A stretch of 64,000 nucleotides of DNA from Macrostomum lignano (Eukaryota). A program made the translations under genes and the position numbers. The stretch spans positions 620,001 through 684,000 of the forward strand of contig NIVC01000284.1 of assembly GCA_002269645.1 (NCBI GenBank), written 5' to 3'. Shown piece after piece: positions 11,111 through 24,643 of the stretch. The notes under the pieces were generated by a model that saw only the letters and a list, made by a program, of their open reading frames with translations, had not been told where the DNA came from and ran no database searches. Numbering within the stretch: position 1 is the first letter of the stretch; every line of letters begins with the position of its first letter.

Positions 11111-14100
11111 CGCGTATACCTTAATGAAAGATATTTCGAAAAAGTTCTTAACGCTTGGAGAGCAACCTTTGATGTCTTTGACTGAGCTGCACTGTCCCAA
11201 GGACGCAGCGGAAAGGCGTAGTAGTACGCACGTACGTAATTTGTTACATGTACAAATTGCAAACCCTATAATATATGCATGTATAATATATACAGGCACG
11301 TACATGCATGTACGTGTAGATATCAACATGCATTGCTGTACTTTGTAGTTTTTACTAGGGGACATGCCCTCCTGTTTTCTGTGGCGATGCTTCTGCTAGC
11401 GTCCCAATAATACCCTTTGATTTATATGTTCAAGGATATATTTTATTCTAAGCAATTTAAACCCGTCAGGTGTAGTTAAAACAGTTAAAACAAAATTCAC
11501 TTAGTTTTATGTTAAATGTGATGGGAAAAAATTTTAAAATCATGTTTAGCGTTGTAATTATAAAATATAAAAGTATTAAATACTATTTTAAATGGCTAGA
11601 TACTCTGCTACTTGAAATTATGTTTCCTGTTGCAATTTACAAAATGAGTAAATAAAAGATTATTTGGTATCTTCGTATTCTAATCTAATTCATTGCTCAA
11701 TATATATTATTTAGTCATTCCTTAGAAACAACTTTTTTAATGAGAAGTGAAGTTGGTAAATGTTGAAGGAGTCATTTTTTTCTCTCTGTAGTTTTCATTT
11801 TTTCAGTAGTTTTTTTCAAAACTGTAATATAAACCTTTACAGGCTGTATTCTATAAAAATCTTTAAATCTGTAATATATACCAATAGATTTGATAAAAAT
11901 CTTTAAATCTATTTTTAAAAATTTATTTTCAGTGACATGACGATTGAACAGTGATATTATTTCTCGTAACATTAGCAAAGTGTACTATAATGTCCAAGTT
12001 TTTTGTGTTTTTTTAGTGTTGCAATGCTGCAAATATACCATACACCATAGTTAGGAAAGTGGCGTGTACATGCTGGAATTAAATTTGGGAAGAGGTCCCT
12101 ATGTATGCTAAGTACGCCAAAAATTAGAAATGTGATTATCATGTATGCCAAAATAAAATAATTAGGGCTAGGCCCCCCTATGCAACTTTACTTTGCATTG
12201 CGACCATAGTCAAGGTGGCACAGTGTGCGCAGGAATAATTTTTTGGGACAATTTGTGCACTGTCTATGCGTCGTCTATGTGCCATTTGTGTGCTGTCTGT
12301 GCGCTGTCTGGTGCCACTCTTCATGAGTAGAGTTTTCTAAGAAAGACCTTCATACAAAAAGTCTTTTTAAAATATTACGCATATTTTCATTTTAAACAAA
12401 CTTAAATTATACCTTCAAATAAAGTAATGCAAAATTGACATTCTTAGCAATAATTTATACTAATTTTATTTACTGTTAATTTTAAAGATGCAAAAAGTCT
12501 ATCACTGACTTTCTAGACTATACAAATCTCCTTTATTTTATGTAAAATTGTTAATTTGCATTACTGGTAAGACTATGGAGTGTGTACACCGCGCTTGTGT
12601 GCCAATGTGCGCTGAGACTTTCTCACTGTGCTGAGGCCACCTTCCTAACTATGGCACTATGACAATAAAAGACCTTTTTTCTATTTTTCCATTTGACATT
12701 AGCATTTACTATTATAACAAATTAATTGTTGTGTTTATTTCTCCTTTACAATAATTTGTTGTTACAAGAAGTCTTAGTACTTGAATTATTTAAAATAGCA
12801 TTATATTTTTTATTGTATTAATATTTTTTCTTTTCATTTGCATTCTTGTTATCTTTTTTCTATAACCCTTTTCTTTGAAATGTTTTATGTTTTGTTACAA
12901 AAACCAGAAGATACTTGCATTTTTTAAAGTAGCTTTGTATATCACTTTTTTGTATGCCAAATGCAATTTAAGCATTCCAAACATATATGCCAATTAAACC
13001 ATGAAGGGCTACTGCACACTGGAATTTTCAAGCAAAAAGGCCACCTTGATTATAGTAAATGTATCATTAACCATTTATTGATTTGTTGATATAAAGCATA
13101 AAAGAGGCCTAGCCAGGGAATAGAATAGGCCTATCCAAGCTTATAGAGTATTAGTTATTATTAAAATATTTGGTCACTTTATTATATCACTTAATAAGGC
13201 TACTTTGCTTTTAGTCACTTTGTCATAACATAGGAACATAGAATCAAGGCAATAAGCTTGCTTGCAATTTAGGCTAATGACAAAATGGAATATGATGATT
13301 TGACTAGGCTTAGCATCTTAAGCCATAAACAAAGATTATTGAATTAGAAGTTTCATAATGTTTTTTTGTTCAAATTTGAATTTAATTTAGCCTAGTATAA
13401 TAAACAAAACTTTAATTGTATATATTTTAAATATTTGTTTACAATTATAAGCTTAGTGTACTATTAATTTAATTTTTTGTTCATTGCAAAAACCAAAAGG
13501 CTTTAAATTTTTATAATAATTATATTTTTTATTACTCTTATTATTCTTTATATATTTTGGGTCTATATGTCATAGCTATAAGCAAAACTAGCCTATTCCA
13601 ATTCTTTGTATTCTGTAGAAACTCTAATATTATCCTATAGTTTAGATTGTGTAATAGTATATGCTATAGGTTTAATGCCAGAAAAAAATCATGAGACCTC
13701 ATTTGTATGCCAGGTTTGTGCGCCAATACAAAAATTGTCATTTGACACAATGTATCTACTATGTCATGTATACCAGGATATAATTCTAACTTTACGCTGA
13801 AAAATGGTAAAACTCTTATTAGTTATTGTATGCTAGGAAATCCTGGCATATATGTCACTTTCTAAACTATGGATATTACTATATTCCTATAGCCATAGTT
13901 TTGATAGAAATTCTTAGAAATAAAGTATTTTGATTCAAGATATAAACTTGGTACTTCAAAACAAACTGCAAAATTTGTTTAAATATTACAAATAAAAAAA
14001 TTTCAAAACAAATCAATAAACTAGCAATTATGTACCCTATTGGAATAAATGTTAAAAACCCGCGGATGCGCGCTTTAGAAAAGAGTCAAACTATTTTATC

Positions 14101-15416
14101 GCGCTTTAGGATTATTAGAGATTTTCCGAAAGATCTGCAGTTTCGTCGAAATCAAAATTCGCTAACTTTCCAAAATCAAAATTGAAATTTCCCGAAATCA
14201 TAATTCAGAAAAACAAAGTTTAGTATGATCAACACTCACTTTTTTACTTTCAATTTACTGCTTAAGCAAAAAGTAATACATGTATATGTAGTAGAAAGTA
14301 GTTTATTTTTAGCGACTTTTTAGACACTACCAAAATTTTCACTTCTAAATTTTATTTCGAAATTGAAATTCGCTCTAAAAAATTTCAAATTTTGGAAAAT
14401 TGAAATTGAATTTTCGGAACATCTCTAAGCTTAATAAATTACGAGTGTATAAGCCCCTTCAACAGAGGTATTATACCCATTTCCATGTATATGTATTTGC
14501 TAGAGCAGCAGCCAGTAAGAAAGGGCAGCGCGCGCAGGCGCTGCGCCTGTGCGCGCGCTGCGCTTTAGAAAAATTTCAAAAGTGCGCCGGACACCGTCCA
14601 CGGTTTTACAGCTTTTTCCTATAGGGATTATGTAAAACACAAGAGCAGTGTTATTAACATTGCAAAAGCCAAAAACATGTATAAAAGTAGAGCAAACATT
14701 AAGAAAGCATTTATTGGCCATATTTGTTTTTTGCACTGTAAAAAATCTCTTTTCTAAATTATATAACTTTAATCTAATGACATTTTTTTAAATAAAATAA
14801 ATATATATATACAATACAATAAAAGCAGACAAGCATCTAGTGAGTAATGACCTTTTTCTACAGTAAAGTATAGTGTATTTATTAATAAATATGTTCAAAG
14901 TTCATTACATTGAATAATTGTCACTTCCAAAGTGGAAAAAATATTATAAAATTTCTTTCTATTAATTGTACTTTTTGTTTTATATTGTAAAATTTATTTT
15001 ATATGCAAATTGTATATGTAAGTAGGCCAATTGATTTTCTTATTTATGCAGGATTCTACCCACATTCTCATTCATTCCAATAGGGCTGCAATTGACTAGC
15101 AATCATTGTATTTTCATTTAATACATTTGGTTAGATTGAGTAAATAGAGAAATAGACTAGGTTTGCTTTTTGTGCAATAGGGATGCTATATCCTATTGCT
15201 ATTCACAATAATGGCCATTGACTGCAACAGGGAATTGCTATAGCATCTTATCAAAATTGCATCCTCAAATTCAGACCTTGGATGCAATTTTGCATATTGA
15301 TATTGATACTAGCAAAAAAACCTAGGAAACAGATCATATAAGTATTATAAAAATTACTCAAATATAAAGCTCATTTATTGATATCTAATTCAGAGGCTTG
15401 GCTGAGCTGCTGAGAG

Positions 15417-18268
15417 ATGCGCGAGGCCCTGCCACCTGCAAGGCGACAGCCTGTGCCAGCCACCACTGTGGCTCCAGTTGCTCCAGTTGCAGGCGCCTGT
15501 TTCACTGGCACTGGCAGCTACAGGCAGTTCCAGCCAAAAGTGGCGCAGCCAGTGTACCCAGCCCAGACCGCCTCTCTCCTGCTTGTCAAGCGCCAACCAT
15601 CGTCTGCTCATTCGTCCAGGGGCCCTGTGGCCACTTTATCTACCAAATATTCTTATAATTACCATAGTGAAAGTCACAGGGGTGGATCTAATTGTCCCCT
15701 GGCAAACGTGCTGGGCTCATTGTGCTGCGGAATTCGGTGGTCAGAGGCTGGCAGGTTCTACCTGCTGATTGGCGGGATTCTGTGCGGAGTGGGCATTGTG
15801 ACCCTGTTAGCAACCGGCTTCGGGCACCACGGTCCCGTGTGGATTGGACCGATTATCGTGTGCGCAGGCGTCATTCTGATTGGCAAAGGCGCGTTTGACT
15901 ATGTGCGGCATAGGGTGAGGGAGCTGTGCAAACTGCAAGCCAGCTAGCATATATTGCACTGTTGTTTTAATCGATTTCTGTGCTTCATCTTGTTGGATTC
16001 TTGCGTACACTCGCTTCATTATTTAGCTAGGAGTCTGCCTCTTTCTCACGTTAGACCCTCAGTTGTCGGCCAGCCTCCCAGATGCCCAGTTGCTGGGCCA
16101 GGCTCCCAGAGTGTCAGTTCCTGAGCCAGCCTTCCAGATCCCCATTTGCTGGGCCAGCCTCCCAGATCCCCAGTTGCTGGGCCAGCCTCCCAGATCCCCA
16201 GTTGCTGGACCAGCCTTCCAGATCCTCAGTTGCTGGGCCAGCCTCCCAGATCCTCAGTTACTGAACCACCAGCCTCCCAGATCCTCAGTTGTCAGGCCAG
16301 CCTCCCAGATCCTCAGTTGTCAGGCCAGCCTCCCAGATCCTCAGTTGCTGGGCCAACCTCCCAGATCCTCAGTTGCTGGGCCAACCTCCCAGATCCTCAG
16401 TTGCTGGGCCAACCTCTCAGACCAGTTGGCATCGCTGCAGCTGTCTGACCCCAGCTTCGCTCTCGCTTGCCAGGTGAAAGCCAGCGCGGAGCGGCCGGAC
16501 TCAATCGAAGGCGACGCCGTAGCCAGTGATGGCGCCAGGCGCCAGCGCCGCCGCATGCGCCTAGTTGGAGCGCTGCCATTTGGTGCCGCGTCGGCAGAGC
16601 GGCGCCGAAGGAAGCAGTTGGCGGCCAACCTGCGCTACATCCACGGCGCTGGGGCTACTGGCTCCGGCAACACGGCAGCGTCCTGGGCCACCGACTACAG
16701 CCAGCAGGGCAGTCTGCGGCCGCCTCCGTGAGTTTTACAGTTTAATCGGTTTAATGATTGATTTCGATAGAAATTTAAAGGAGAGTCAAAATGAGGCTAG
16801 AGCGTTTTAGTAACAAGCTGTTGGAATAATGGTCAAAACTATGTAACTGCAATTGTGTTTGGGTAAAATTATCCGATGGGACGGGATTTCGAATTTGGAT
16901 TTTGACCTACGGGATTTCGAATTGGGATTTTTAACTATGGGATTTCGAATTGGGATTTTTAACTATGGGATTTCGAATTGGGATTTTTAACTATGGAATT
17001 TTGAATTGGGATTTTTAACTATGGGAATTCGAATTGGGATTTTTAACTATGGAATTTTGAATTGGGATTTTTAACTATGGGAATTCGAATTGGGATTTTT
17101 AACTATGGAATTTTGAATTGGGATTTTTAACTATGGGATTTCGAATTGGGATTTTTAACTATGGGATTTCGAATTGGGATTTTTAACTATGGAATTTTGA
17201 ATTGGGATTTTTAACTATGGGAATTCGAATTGGGATTTTTAACTATGGAATTTTGAATTGGGATTTTTAACTATGGGAATTCGAATTGGGATTTTGGACG
17301 ATGGGATTTCGAATTGGGATTTTGGACGATGGGATTTCGAATGGGATTTTGACCTGCGGGATTTCGAAGGAAATTTAGACGAGAGTCAAAAATGAGGCTA
17401 GAGCGTTTTAGTAACAAGCTGTTAGAATAAAGGTCCAAATTATGTAATTGCAATTGTGTCCGGGTAATGTTATACAATGAGACTCTTAGTAGAAGTTTTT
17501 TACAGCCCGACAAGAAAAGACTGATATACCTCAGTTACTTATGTATTCAGTTTTGTGCTCAGTCAACTAGCCCTCATATTCCATATAGAATTGCTATGCT
17601 AAAGCATTAATTATTATTGTACACTGCTTGATTCATTGTTTAGATTGCGGGCTAGGAAAGAGCGAGGGCGGGTGAAGAGTTCAGTGTGATTATGCATATT
17701 ATAGGGCGTACTGGGACTTGCTGGGCGGCAAAGCACCTTTTTTGTATGTGTGATGCTAAAAATAGACACAGGCAGTAGATCGGTCTCGCTTGCGACTCAT
17801 TGCAGCCGGGAGCTTGTTCAGAATGCGTCCCTGCTCCTGTCCGGTGGCTCGCCCGCCGCCTACAAGCAGCGTCAGATTGACAGCTCGGCGATGCTGCTGA
17901 CTGGAGGCTCTATGGCCAGCAGTTTGACCAGCGGGCCGCCTCGCGAGCCCGTCTATTTTCCCGTCATGTCGTCGACGGATCGGCTGCCCACGCCGCAGGA
18001 GACTCCGTTCCCGTCTGTGTTCTCTTTGCAGGCTGTGGCCGCGCCAAGCAATGCTGCTGCTACTGCCGCTGGCGCCAGGGACCGCCTGCTGTCCACCAGG
18101 CGATCGTCGGGCGCGTCAGCGCCGAGCATCTTCCACACGCTGCGCGCGTCGCCGTCGGCTGCGTCGTCTGCAACTCGCGGCGGCGTTGTTGGCAGGTCGC
18201 GGACTCGACTCCCGTTGATGCCGAGTAAAGGTGCTGCTAGACTCACGTCGCATAAGGAAGAAGTTTGA
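15417..18268 (+). CDS. Uncharacterised two-TM membrane protein with disordered tails, 3 exons (15417-15914, 16474-16727, 17806-18268), 404 aa
   Basis: Hydrophobic hairpin FYLLIGGILCGVGIVTLLATGF..VWIGPIIVCAGVILIGKGAF. Donors GTGAGG (15915, phase 0) and GTGAGT (16728, phase 2) match acceptors at 16473 and 17805 in frame. Exons are GC-rich against AT-rich or repeat-filled introns. Confidence 0.7.
16055..16425. repeat. 28-bp minisatellite family A (cagatcctcagttgctgggccagcctcc) in intron 1
   Basis: About 13 tandem copies; the same unit forms the array at 50380-51570. Confidence 0.9.
16770..17473. repeat. 28-bp minisatellite family B (gggatttcgaattgggatttttaactat) bracketed by about 100-bp direct repeats
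   Basis: Array at about 16880-17365. Flanking repeats gaaattta..gagagtcaaaatgaggctagagcgttttagtaacaagctgtt.. lie at 16770-16872 and 17370-17473. Confidence 0.9.
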
Positions 18269-19500
18269 GGCGCGGATGATGCGTGCGATGCGTGTGGCCT
18301 TGATGGTGGTTCAGTCTGGAGTCAGAGCAGCTCGCCACAACCCCTGGTACGATTCCGTGCGCGAGGCTCCACATTTGGGGACTTTGGTGTGCAGGAAAAT
18401 TTGGTTCTGAGTTGATTATTTGTTTCTTTAGCAAGTTGGCTGCTCTATGCAATGTAAATAGAAAAGCTAGAGATTAAATCTGTACTGCAGAACAATTGTA
18501 TATATTTTTACAGAATATTAGATGTCCGTGACCCATTGTAAATGATGTCCTTCACAATTCTGGTTCTATTGCAACTAAGGCATTCTGTTTCTTAGTAGTT
18601 TGGAATGCTATTTATTGTCAGCTAACATTCCTTTAGTTTATTAATAAGCTGCTTAGCATTTTTATAGGCCTTTTCCCGCAAATTCTAAACACAACTTCAA
18701 GCGCAATATGATTATTCCTATGCATGTGTTTGCGTATTGAATTTATAATTTCATGTTTTTTGTATGGCTGTGAGCTGATCTTGTATTTACAATTATTTAT
18801 TCCATTACATTATCGAGTTTAGTGCTAGCTTCACTGTTATAACAAGAATATATAATTTATGACTATGGCCAAGTGTGCCAACAACCTCATTGACATGGGC
18901 TTCCAGTGTGCGTATCGTGTATTATAAACTGCGATTCGTACATGTATTCACCAGAGCACACTGTTAGATTTTGTGCATTTTAATAGCTGGATCGCTGATG
19001 CACACAGTTATCGCTCATTGTTTATTTGACAACTTCTTTTATTTGATCGGTTCTTGATGCAGTTTTTTTCGTAACGTTTCTGCTGAAATATTTGTTCAAA
19101 AGTGTGCTTTGTAGCTTTTTTGCTTGTTTTGCGGTTCTCTCTTCTTTTTTACAGGAAAATAAAGTATTGCTTGTTGTAGGTCCTGGACTCGTGTTTTCTT
19201 GTTGCTTTCTGCTTTGAAGTTTGTAACTGTTATAAATAATTAGGGCTCAGATAGCTAACTATTAGGAGTCTGAGTAACTTCGGTCATGTTTTAGTTTAGT
19301 AATATCGTTTTTGCATTTCTTAATAGTACGAGAGGTGTTCCATAGGTCCTTTCCATTTCGAGTCTAACTCGGGCTGTTTGTGCTTTTATCTATGTTTCTT
19401 TTTGATAGTAGAAATATTTTACAAAACTTTTTTGCCACCAAAGCCACGTGTTTTGCTGTGGAAGTTCAACAAGAGATTTACAGAAACAATATATGTTGGT

Positions 19501-20127
19501 TCCCTTTAGTCTATGGTTGGGATATCGCAATCTGTATTGAGTATTGCTCCCTTTAGTCTATGGTTGGGATAGCGCAATCTGTATTGAGTATTGCTCCCTT
19601 TAGTCTATGGTTGGGATAGCGCAATCTGTATTGAGTATTGTTCCCTTTAGTCTATGGTTGGGATAGCGCAATCTGTATTGAGTATTGTTCCCTTTAGTCT
19701 ATGGTTGGGATAGCGCAATCTGTATTGAGTATTGTTCCCTTTAGTCTATGGTTGGGATAGCGCAATCTGTATTGAGTATTGTTCCCTTTAGTCTATGGTT
19801 GGGATAGCGCAATCTGTATTGAGTATTGTTCCCTTTAGTCTATGGTTGGGATAGCACATTCTGTATTGATTATTGTTCCCTTTAGTCTATGGTTGGGATA
19901 GCACATTCTGTATTGATTATTGTTCCCTTTAGTCTATGGTTGGGATAGCGCAATCTGTATTGATTATTGTTCCCTTTAGTCTATGGTTGGGATAGCGCAT
20001 TCTATATTGATTATTGTTCCCTTTAGTCTATGGTTGGGATAGCGCATTCTGTATTGATTATTGTTCCCTTTAGTCTATGGTTGGGATAGCGCATTCTGTA
20101 TTGATTATTGTTCCCTTTAGTCTATGG
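19501..20127. repeat. 47-bp minisatellite, about 13 copies
   Basis: Unit tccctttagtctatggttgggatagcgcaatctgtattgagtattgt; sequence variants change gradually along the array. Confidence 0.95.
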
Positions 20128-20404
20128 TTTATTGTAAGAGTTTCCGGGTAGCAAGCTTAGCTTAAAGGTTAAAGCCAAAAGCAAGAAGACGGCAAACAAT
20201 AAAATTGCTGCTGGGAAAATCTTGCCTATAGCCAGGGTGTCAGTTGCTGTGTTAAATTCTGCATTTTGGTGCAGCAATATTGTAACATGCTTATCACCTG
20301 CACACCGATGCTTGATTCGTTTGTCCACTGCTGCCATTGTTTCAGAATTAGCTTTTGTCTAACTTTAAAATAGACAATAGAGTCATAGTTAATCTATTGG
20401 CAGA

Positions 20405-21151
20405 ATGACTGACAACATGCTGATGATGGCTCGGCAGGCCAGCACCAAGGCGCGCAGTCGCCAGTCGGACGCGATCCGCAGCCGGATGCAGAACGCCCGG
20501 CCAGCCGCCTCGCCAAGGGCATTTCCTCAGCAACAGCTGCTCAAAGCGCAGCAGACTGTGCGCTCTCGCCAGGTTGGCAAATCTGCCATTTCGATTGCTA
20601 CCAGCCTGCCGAAACCGCCATCTGCTCTGGGCAGTCGCCTGCCAACTGCACCGCCGCTCATTGAGCAATGCGGCCAGCTTAATCTAGAAAAGCAGAAAAA
20701 GCAAGAACAAGTTCTGCCAGAGAGGGTGGAGAAGCAGCAGCGTGAAGTTGAGCCAGCATCCCCAGAGCTGCCATCGGATGACCAGAATCTGTCCGCAATG
20801 GCGCAGAGTCGCTTGATTCTCACTGATCAACCTGTCGATTCTGCTCAACTGCAATTTAAATCTGAGCCTAGCGCTAAGTGTCTGGCTGTGACTGCTCAAG
20901 CAGACCGGCACAGGCGTGGCGGAGTTAATCCTGTACTGTGCCATCAGCTAGCTGTACACCTGGCCGAGTGCTTAGTGCCTGCCCAATCGCAGCAGGGTTT
21001 GTACCATCCCAAGCGGGCGGCGCCTGTTTCCCGCTTCCAGTTTGACACTCCCTCGCCAGACGATCGGGTGCTGCAGGCGGTGGCTAACCGGCCAAAACTG
21101 CAATTGCACGTTGCTAGCGCAGCGTCACAGTCAGCCTGTGTAAATTGTTAG
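20405..21151 (+). CDS. 248-aa low-complexity protein or terminal exon with a Ski7/HBS1L-like FQFDTPSPDD motif
   Basis: GC-rich open frame preceded by an acceptor (ggcag at 20403). It contains RFQFDTPSPDDRVLQAV near the C-terminus. Family assignment is tentative. Confidence 0.6.
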   Translation: MTDNMLMMARQASTKARSRQSDAIRSRMQNARPAASPRAFPQQQLLKAQQTVRSRQVGKSAISIATSLPKPPSALGSRLPTAPPLIEQCGQLNLEKQKKQEQVLPERVEKQQREVEPASPELPSDDQNLSAMAQSRLILTDQPVDSAQLQFKSEPSAKCLAVTAQADRHRRGGVNPVLCHQLAVHLAECLVPAQSQQGLYHPKRAAPVSRFQFDTPSPDDRVLQAVANRPKLQLHVASAASQSACVNC

Positions 21152-22938
21152 TGTGTGTGTGCTGATTGCTGTGATATGAATGTGTGCTGTCTATGTACAG
21201 TGTCCACTGCCGACTCTGCACTCTGCAGTCTTCAGTGGGCTGCTTACTCAAGACTTTGGCAGTTAAAATAGTGTTAGATAATTGCGTGTACCAAAGCCAC
21301 AAACTCAAAATGATTGCTGTTACAGAAGAATGAGGTTTACAGATTTTAACCTCCCATTTTGTCTCATACCGCACCTAACAAGCACTCACTGATCTTATCT
21401 ATATTTAAATTTTGTTATTTTTCACATCATCTGTGTGTGTGTTCTGTTTATCAATCTTATAGCAAGCGTGTCAGTTGATTCTGGATGTGCTTTGCTATAA
21501 AGTAACTATTGTATATTTCTACATATCTCCGTTTATAAGGCTGCAGAGTGCAGAGTCTGCTGTCGTTGGATGTAAAGTTGTCTGTGTAAACGTCTGTCTG
21601 AGTGTTAGGCACTGACTTACCAATTATAATCGTTAGATATGTGTATACTAGTAACAATACAGAGTGTACTGTAATTAGTTATTATCTAACGTAAGTCCAA
21701 CTTCAATTTGACTTATGTCAGATAAGATTCGGTGTTAGACCCCCATGTAAGCCCCCTTCAAGACACACATAAATCACTCATTTTTATGATTCGCGCACAT
21801 GTCCTTCTTTATTTATTCATCTCTTGCTTTGATTTATTGTGTCAATTGTCAGATCTAGAATACGTAAATCCATCAGGTATTCGTACTTTGAAATTTTGTT
21901 ACATATAACAAAAATGAAACTTAATAATCAGTTATAATTTCTATTTAAGCTAGAATTGTTACCAAAGTACTGTAGGGCAACGATGCAAAATGTAATTGTT
22001 TTGTGTGAAAGGGTAAATGGCTTATCATTCGATTGAATAACGTTGGTCTCTGTTACAGGTTCGTATGTAGTACGAATCACCTTCACTAAAAGAAATTTTA
22101 ATTTTTCCTGTCTGTCTGTCTGCCTGCCTGACCATGTGCCTGTCTTTTCCTAAACAATAATCGGTAAACAACGTGAGTAGAAAGAAACTGGACAACTTTT
22201 ATTTAATTTTATTTGCCTCCAAGTGTGTGAATTCGCCAACACTGAAGCAAAATATAAGTGCGGGTGAACCGAGAAAGGCGCAATGTGTTTTTAATATAAA
22301 TTGCCGCCTGGGAAATTTTAAGTTTACTAAAGAAATTTATGTTTGCTTATTCGTCTTATTGGATAGTGTTTTTATACTTTCCGCTATGTAGTATTTGAGC
22401 TTTATGCTCACCTTAAAATTTTAGTATATTAGTGCTGTATTCTTAATTATTTGAAAGATGAATCTTTAGGCTAAAAAATCGCTAGAAGTTTTATTATACA
22501 AGTACTAATGCGAGAAGTTTCGATTTGTGTTGCGTTTCATCCATCACAACCTTGTGCAACACACTGCATGAACACTTCATCGCGTCATTTTCTATAGATG
22601 CGGTAATTCCATTGCAAGACTCCAGCTGTAGCTATTTTTAGAATTCTTTTTAATGTCGCTATTTTTAGAACTCGGCTATTACTAACGAATAAGAAAAACG
22701 AAAAAAATGGTAGGTACCTAATATAGCGGTACTGTAGTGTGGGAACTTCACTTTTACTACTATACTGTTGTAACGGCGTTGCAATCAGGGGAGTCTGTAT
22801 TACATGTACGCTCTGCGTTTAGAAAATTAAATTACAATTGTAATGTAAATATGTAAACTTGCATGTACGTACATGTATTGTACCGCCGATAGTATGCAGT
22901 GACCGTACTACGCAGTAAGTGACTAAAATATTTCTTAT

Positions 22939-23193
22939 CAGGGGCGTCGCCATGGATTTTATGATGGGGGATAACCAAGAATTCAACATGTACATGTACA
23001 TGACTAAATTCCTACATCCAAATATAGCGCCTTTTTGCTGCGGTGCGAAAAAGATTGCCTGCGGCGCTAAAATTGAGTGCTTGCGGCGCCAAAATGAGTG
23101 CTAAATAGTGCTAAAAGGCATTAATGCCTCCCCATACATGTAGTTTTTACTGGATGGGGGCAATTGTCACCCTCTGCGGTGGCGACGCGCCTG
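22939..23193. mobile_element. Small MITE (255 bp)
   Basis: 14-bp TIRs CAGGGGCGTCGCCA and TGGCGACGCGCCTG (13/14 match); no clean TSD. Confidence 0.6.
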
Positions 23194-24643
23194 ATATTTG
23201 TAAATGTACATATACACGCGTCGACATCCACAATATCAACATTTTGATAGCTCAAGGACGACTGCACTCTATTTTAGAAGTTACGCTCGTATTTGCATAT
23301 TCATGAAACGAAACAAAATCTGTTCATACACGAAATTACTACTGCGTTCTAGTATATTGCCGTGTCGACCAACAATTATTGGGAAAAGATTGACATGTTA
23401 TGTAACAAACTTGTGCAAAACCTATAAAAATGTTTTATTTTGAAACACTGCCTTAAGTACGTTCGTAAATCCTTTGTTTATAGTTAAAGCACGACCGATA
23501 CTAATCGAACCTATGCTATAAATTCCGGAAAATTCAAGACAGTCAATACTTTAGTCTGATTTTTTTACTTTAGGTTGTAAAAATAAAAAAAAATAAGTTA
23601 GAAAACAGTAATTTAAAGCTTTGTTTAAATTTGTAAAGCTTTAGTAAGCATTTTTGTTGAGCCGCATTACCGCGCCAATACAAACTTGGTACAATTTTTA
23701 AATTAAATAAATTTACACTATTTCCAAGATATCTGTAATGATTTTCATTGACATCCTTGAACTAACCCTTTCAATTTAATAATTAATCAACCTTTCAACC
23801 CTTTTTTATTCAATCTTATATGGTATGATTCATTGTAGTTAGTCACACAAATTTTATACGAATCTGTCTAAGCAATTAAGTATCTTACATAAACTCATAA
23901 GCATCAGACTGAAGTTCAAAGTTTTTCTGTTTTAGTCGCGAAGCTAAGGTTAATTCCGAGCATAGAAATTAAGTTCTTGCGTACCTGTTTGTCACCATTT
24001 TAAAAGAAAAAAATAGCACTAAGCACTACATATATTTATTTTTAATATGTAATTAGTAAAATTCATTTCTTCACAATGCCAAGGCAATAGTATATCGTGT
24101 ATGTAATGTAACTAGCAATCAGCGCCCTTGTTGAGAGCCAACAAAAAATGCAATATTTTTTAAATAAGCTACTTGTAGCTTTTGACCTCTCAGCCTGGAC
24201 ATCTCAGCGATTCCCCTATCTAACTTGACCTCCTAGTAAACCCTCCGTAAGCCTTGACATCTAAGGCCAAGCCAAGTGTCAAGACTTAGCAATTCCTAAG
24301 ATTCATAGCATTCATTAGAAAGCAATTCCTCCAAGCCTTAACACTGTGCTGTTTTAAACAGATTTGTAAACCAGTACTGTCTAAAATCTTGTTATTTTAT
24401 ATTAGCCTATATCTTCTTATAATTAATTTAATATAGGCTAATATATAATTTGATCTATAGTAGTATTAGGCAGTAAATTATAGTCTACAATGTAATAATA
24501 GGACTAGAAAGAATTTTCTATGATATGTCTTAAAAGCTGGGTTTTTTTTTTCGCCAGAGATAAGGTGCGAAATCGCACCTTGTGCCAAATTTCAAGGTGC
24601 GATTTTAAGGCTCAGAGTGCAATTTCTCTTGAGTCTTGTTTAG

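Noticed and set aside
11400-14000. AT-rich tract with recurring CCATAGT..AGGTGGC motifs in both orientations (about 12047, 12205, 12636, 13039)
   Set aside because: Possibly subterminal repeats of an old DNA transposon, but I could not define TIRs, a TSD or coding remnants.
19324-19335. TAGTACGAGAGG, resembling the sarcin-ricin loop of LSU rRNA
   Set aside because: Only 12 nt match and the flanks do not convincingly align to nuclear or mitochondrial LSU rRNA; probably chance.
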